From positions 32,001-96,000 of the forward strand of contig JBFWJC010000003.1 of assembly GCA_050253415.1 (NCBI GenBank): a stretch of DNA of 64,000 nt, written 5' to 3'. Under the pieces are notes generated by a model. That model saw only the letters and a list, made by a program, of their open reading frames with translations, was not told the DNA's origin and ran no database searches. Shown here piece by piece: positions 61,575 through 64,000 of the stretch. Numbering within the stretch: position 1 is the first letter of the stretch; every line of letters starts with the position of its first letter. This stretch comes from Pedobacter sp. (GTDB lineage: Bacteria; Desulfobacterota; Desulfuromonadia; Desulfuromonadales; Syntrophotaleaceae). The position numbers were made by a program, and so were the translations under genes.

Positions 61575-62585
61575 TTGGGAGTTCCCTTTATTCAGAAAGC
61601 CCGTATTGGCGCTTATATTTGTAAGCAGTTGGTGAAGGGCAACCGCCGGTTTCCCCTGGTCTTGATGCTTGAACCTTTGTTTCAGTGCAATCTGCGCTGC
61701 AAAGGTTGCGGGAAAATCTCCCATCCACCAGAGATCATGAATCGTCGTTTGAGTGTAGAGGAATGCGTAGCCATGGCTGAAGAATGCGGAGCACCTATGG
61801 TTTCGCTGCCCGGTGGCGAGCCTCTCATGCATCCCGATATCCATCTCATTGCCAGCGAACTTGTCGCCCGCAAACGCTTTGTCTATTTGTGTACCAATGC
61901 GCTGTTGGTGGAAAAACGTCTGGATGATTTCGAGCCGTCGCCGTACCTGACCTTTAACGTGCACCTTGACGGTTTGCGCGACAAGCACGACGCGCTGGTC
62001 AATCGCAAGGGGGTCTTTGATCAGGCTGTGCAGGCCATCCGGCGTTTGGTTTCCGAAGGCTATCGCGTTACGACCAATACCACCTTTTTTGGGGATGAAA
62101 CCCCGGAAAGTGCTGCGGCTCTGTTTGATTTTCTCATGTCCCTCGGTGTTGAAGGTATGACCGTAGCTCCGGCTTTCAATTACGAAAGCGCCGAGGAACA
62201 GGCCAATTTCCTTGGTCGCGAGGGGAGCTACAAGCTGTTTAAGGAATTGTTACCGCAAGCCAAGGCGCGGGGCTGGCATTTTAACCACAGCAGCCTCTAT
62301 CTGGACTTCCTGGCTGGTGGACAAAGCTATGACTGTTCACCCTGGGGTACTCCCGCGGCCAATATTTTCGGCTGGCAGCGTCCCTGCTATCTGCTCAACG
62401 ACGGGTACGCCGATAGCTTCCGCGAATTGATGGAGAATACGGATTGGGATAGCTACGGAACCGGTAGGGATGCGCGCTGTACCCATTGTATGGTACACTG
62501 CGGTTTCGAGCCGAGTGCTGTAGTGGATGCGGCTTTACATCCTCTCAAGGCGCTACGGGTTTTCTTGCGCGGTGCTGGTAACTGA
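61575..62585 (+). CDS. hpnH: Adenosyl-hopene transferase (radical SAM)
   Basis: FPLVLMLEPLFQCNLRCKGC, GWQRPCYLL, CMVHCGFE; TTG start after AAGGAG. Confidence 0.95.
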   Translation: MGVPFIQKARIGAYICKQLVKGNRRFPLVLMLEPLFQCNLRCKGCGKISHPPEIMNRRLSVEECVAMAEECGAPMVSLPGGEPLMHPDIHLIASELVARKRFVYLCTNALLVEKRLDDFEPSPYLTFNVHLDGLRDKHDALVNRKGVFDQAVQAIRRLVSEGYRVTTNTTFFGDETPESAAALFDFLMSLGVEGMTVAPAFNYESAEEQANFLGREGSYKLFKELLPQAKARGWHFNHSSLYLDFLAGGQSYDCSPWGTPAANIFGWQRPCYLLNDGYADSFRELMENTDWDSYGTGRDARCTHCMVHCGFEPSAVVDAALHPLKALRVFLRGAGN

Positions 62586-62609
62586 GTCTTTGCCCGGGAA
62601 CGTACCGGC

Positions 62610-63404
62610 GTGGCGGAGGCCCTGATGATCTCTGGTTGCCAGCAGAATACCTCTTTTCGACCGGGAATGGTGGTTGCCCTTCCGAGCGAAGCCAAGGCTA
62701 TGCTCGGAAGACGACGATGGTTGATGCATGGTGACCTGGCGCAATGTACCTGCGGTGGTCCGGAAGACGTCAAGATTTTGTGGGTTCGTTGCGGCATGGG
62801 GCCTGAAAAGGCTGCCAGAGCTGCCGCCCTTTTGATTGAGCAAGGCGTTACCCATCTCGGAATTGCCGGTGTATCGGGTGGTCTGGATCCTGATCTGGGC
62901 AGCGGTCAGTTGGTGCTTGCCAGTGAGGTTGTCGACGAGGACGGTAAAAGCTGGCCGGTTGACCCGTCGTTTCAGCGGACCTTGACGGCCTGTTTCGGTA
63001 GGGAAATTCGCAGCGGATCTATTCTGACCACTGCAGAACCGCTTTTGAACGTTGCGCAAAAAAAACTCTGGTTCGAGCGAACCAAAGCTCTGGCGGTCGA
63101 TATGGAAAGTGCTGCGGTCGCACAGATGGCATCCGCTGCTGGGCTGCCGTTCTTTGCCCTGCGGGCCATATGTGACGAAGCAACAAGGTCGGTTCCGGCC
63201 GCTCTTTTTGACTTGGTGGATGATCTGGGACGGCCCAGGCTGTTGAAGCTTATCGGGTCGCTGCTTATGCAACCATCCCTCCTACCTGTTCTGATACGCA
63301 TGCAGGGGGATTTCAGCCGCGCATTGCGGGCGTTGCGATATGGCTGGCAGGTTTGTTGTCGACTGAAACCTGGGCATTTCGATGAAGGGGAGGAACAGGT
63401 ATGA
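62610..63404 (+). CDS. hpnG: Nucleoside phosphorylase, HpnG-like (adenosylhopane nucleosidase)
   Basis: GMGPEKA, GVSGGLDP, AVDMESAAVA, LRAICD; follows hpnH; start uncertain. Confidence 0.8.
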   Translation: MAEALMISGCQQNTSFRPGMVVALPSEAKAMLGRRRWLMHGDLAQCTCGGPEDVKILWVRCGMGPEKAARAAALLIEQGVTHLGIAGVSGGLDPDLGSGQLVLASEVVDEDGKSWPVDPSFQRTLTACFGREIRSGSILTTAEPLLNVAQKKLWFERTKALAVDMESAAVAQMASAAGLPFFALRAICDEATRSVPAALFDLVDDLGRPRLLKLIGSLLMQPSLLPVLIRMQGDFSRALRALRYGWQVCCRLKPGHFDEGEEQV

Positions 63405-63859
63405 CTCAGAAAATCAAGGACGGAGACGTTATCCGCGTACTTTATACCGGACGCTATCTTGACGGGCAGGTGTTCGATACCACCGACAATCGGGCGCCCT
63501 TCACCTTCGTGGTCGGTTCCGGGGCTGTGATCAAGGGGTTCGATGAAGCGGTGCGCGGTATGAAAGCCGGACAGAGCACCCAGGTAACCATTAAGCCGGA
63601 TAAAGGCTACGGCCCCCGTGAAGAAGCTAATGTGGTGGCTATCCCTCGCAGTAGCATGCCTGCCCAGATGAATATGATCCCCGGCATGCAACTCAAATTG
63701 CCCCTGCAGGGGGGTAAAGCGGTAACCGCTACTGTTATTGAAGTTACCGATGAGCATATACGTCTTGATGCCAATCATGTTATGGCTGGCAAAACTCTGG
63801 TATTCGATATTGAAATTGTCGCAACCGGATTGAAACCTACCGACCTGTTCGGTGGGTAA
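63401..63859 (+). CDS. FKBP-type peptidyl-prolyl isomerase (SlyD/FkpB-like)
   Basis: YTGRYLDGQVFDT, VIKGFDEAV, GYG, LDANHVMAGKTLVF. Confidence 0.93.
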   Translation: MTQKIKDGDVIRVLYTGRYLDGQVFDTTDNRAPFTFVVGSGAVIKGFDEAVRGMKAGQSTQVTIKPDKGYGPREEANVVAIPRSSMPAQMNMIPGMQLKLPLQGGKAVTATVIEVTDEHIRLDANHVMAGKTLVFDIEIVATGLKPTDLFGG

Positions 63860-64000
63860 CACGATTCATTAAATGTTTTTGGGCTCTGGACATTCTGTCC
63901 GGGCTGAAAGTAAACTCGTATCCATAAGGGAAACGAGCCGTTTCCGGATGGAAACAAACTAGCAACGGGGGTTACAATGTTGTCGCATGCGGCGATGGCA

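Noticed and set aside
63977..64000. Possible start of the next CDS (MLSHAAMA...)
   Set aside because: Only eight codons fall within the window, so it cannot be identified

Overview
The window looks like chromosome from a Desulfuromonadales-type deltaproteobacterium (Pelobacter/Syntrophotalea/Geobacter-like; this is inferred from gene content). Positions 1-11.1 kb are visibly AT-rich and probably a genomic island. They carry a decayed tRNA(CAT), a chemoreceptor, a thioesterase, a divergent acylating aldehyde dehydrogenase-buk-ptb module, a decaying Fe-ADH and aldo-keto reductase remnants. The region ends at a 5'-truncated tRNA-Leu(TAA) that looks like an att site. After some housekeeping and membrane genes comes a minus-strand nitrogen-fixation region: nifH-D-K-X-fdxB, a NifX-like gene, a permease-less binding protein/GTPase/ATPase trio, nifB-modABC and nifV-ferritin-GNAT, with no nifEN in the window. 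Sigma54 promoters and twin ANTAR hairpins precede nifH, nifB and nifV. Further on are a polyamine operon (regulator, CASDH, CASDC, speA), gnfR-draT-draG with a divergent DraG paralog lacking its catalytic acids, a radical SAM-ArsM-like methyltransferase-Cys-rich fusion, wtpABC with ModE-type boxes plus a variant wtpA, and a hopanoid cluster (hpnO, hpnN, hpnH, hpnG). Several palindromic short-repeat elements lie in intergenic regions. All calls come from motif recognition; no database searches were run.
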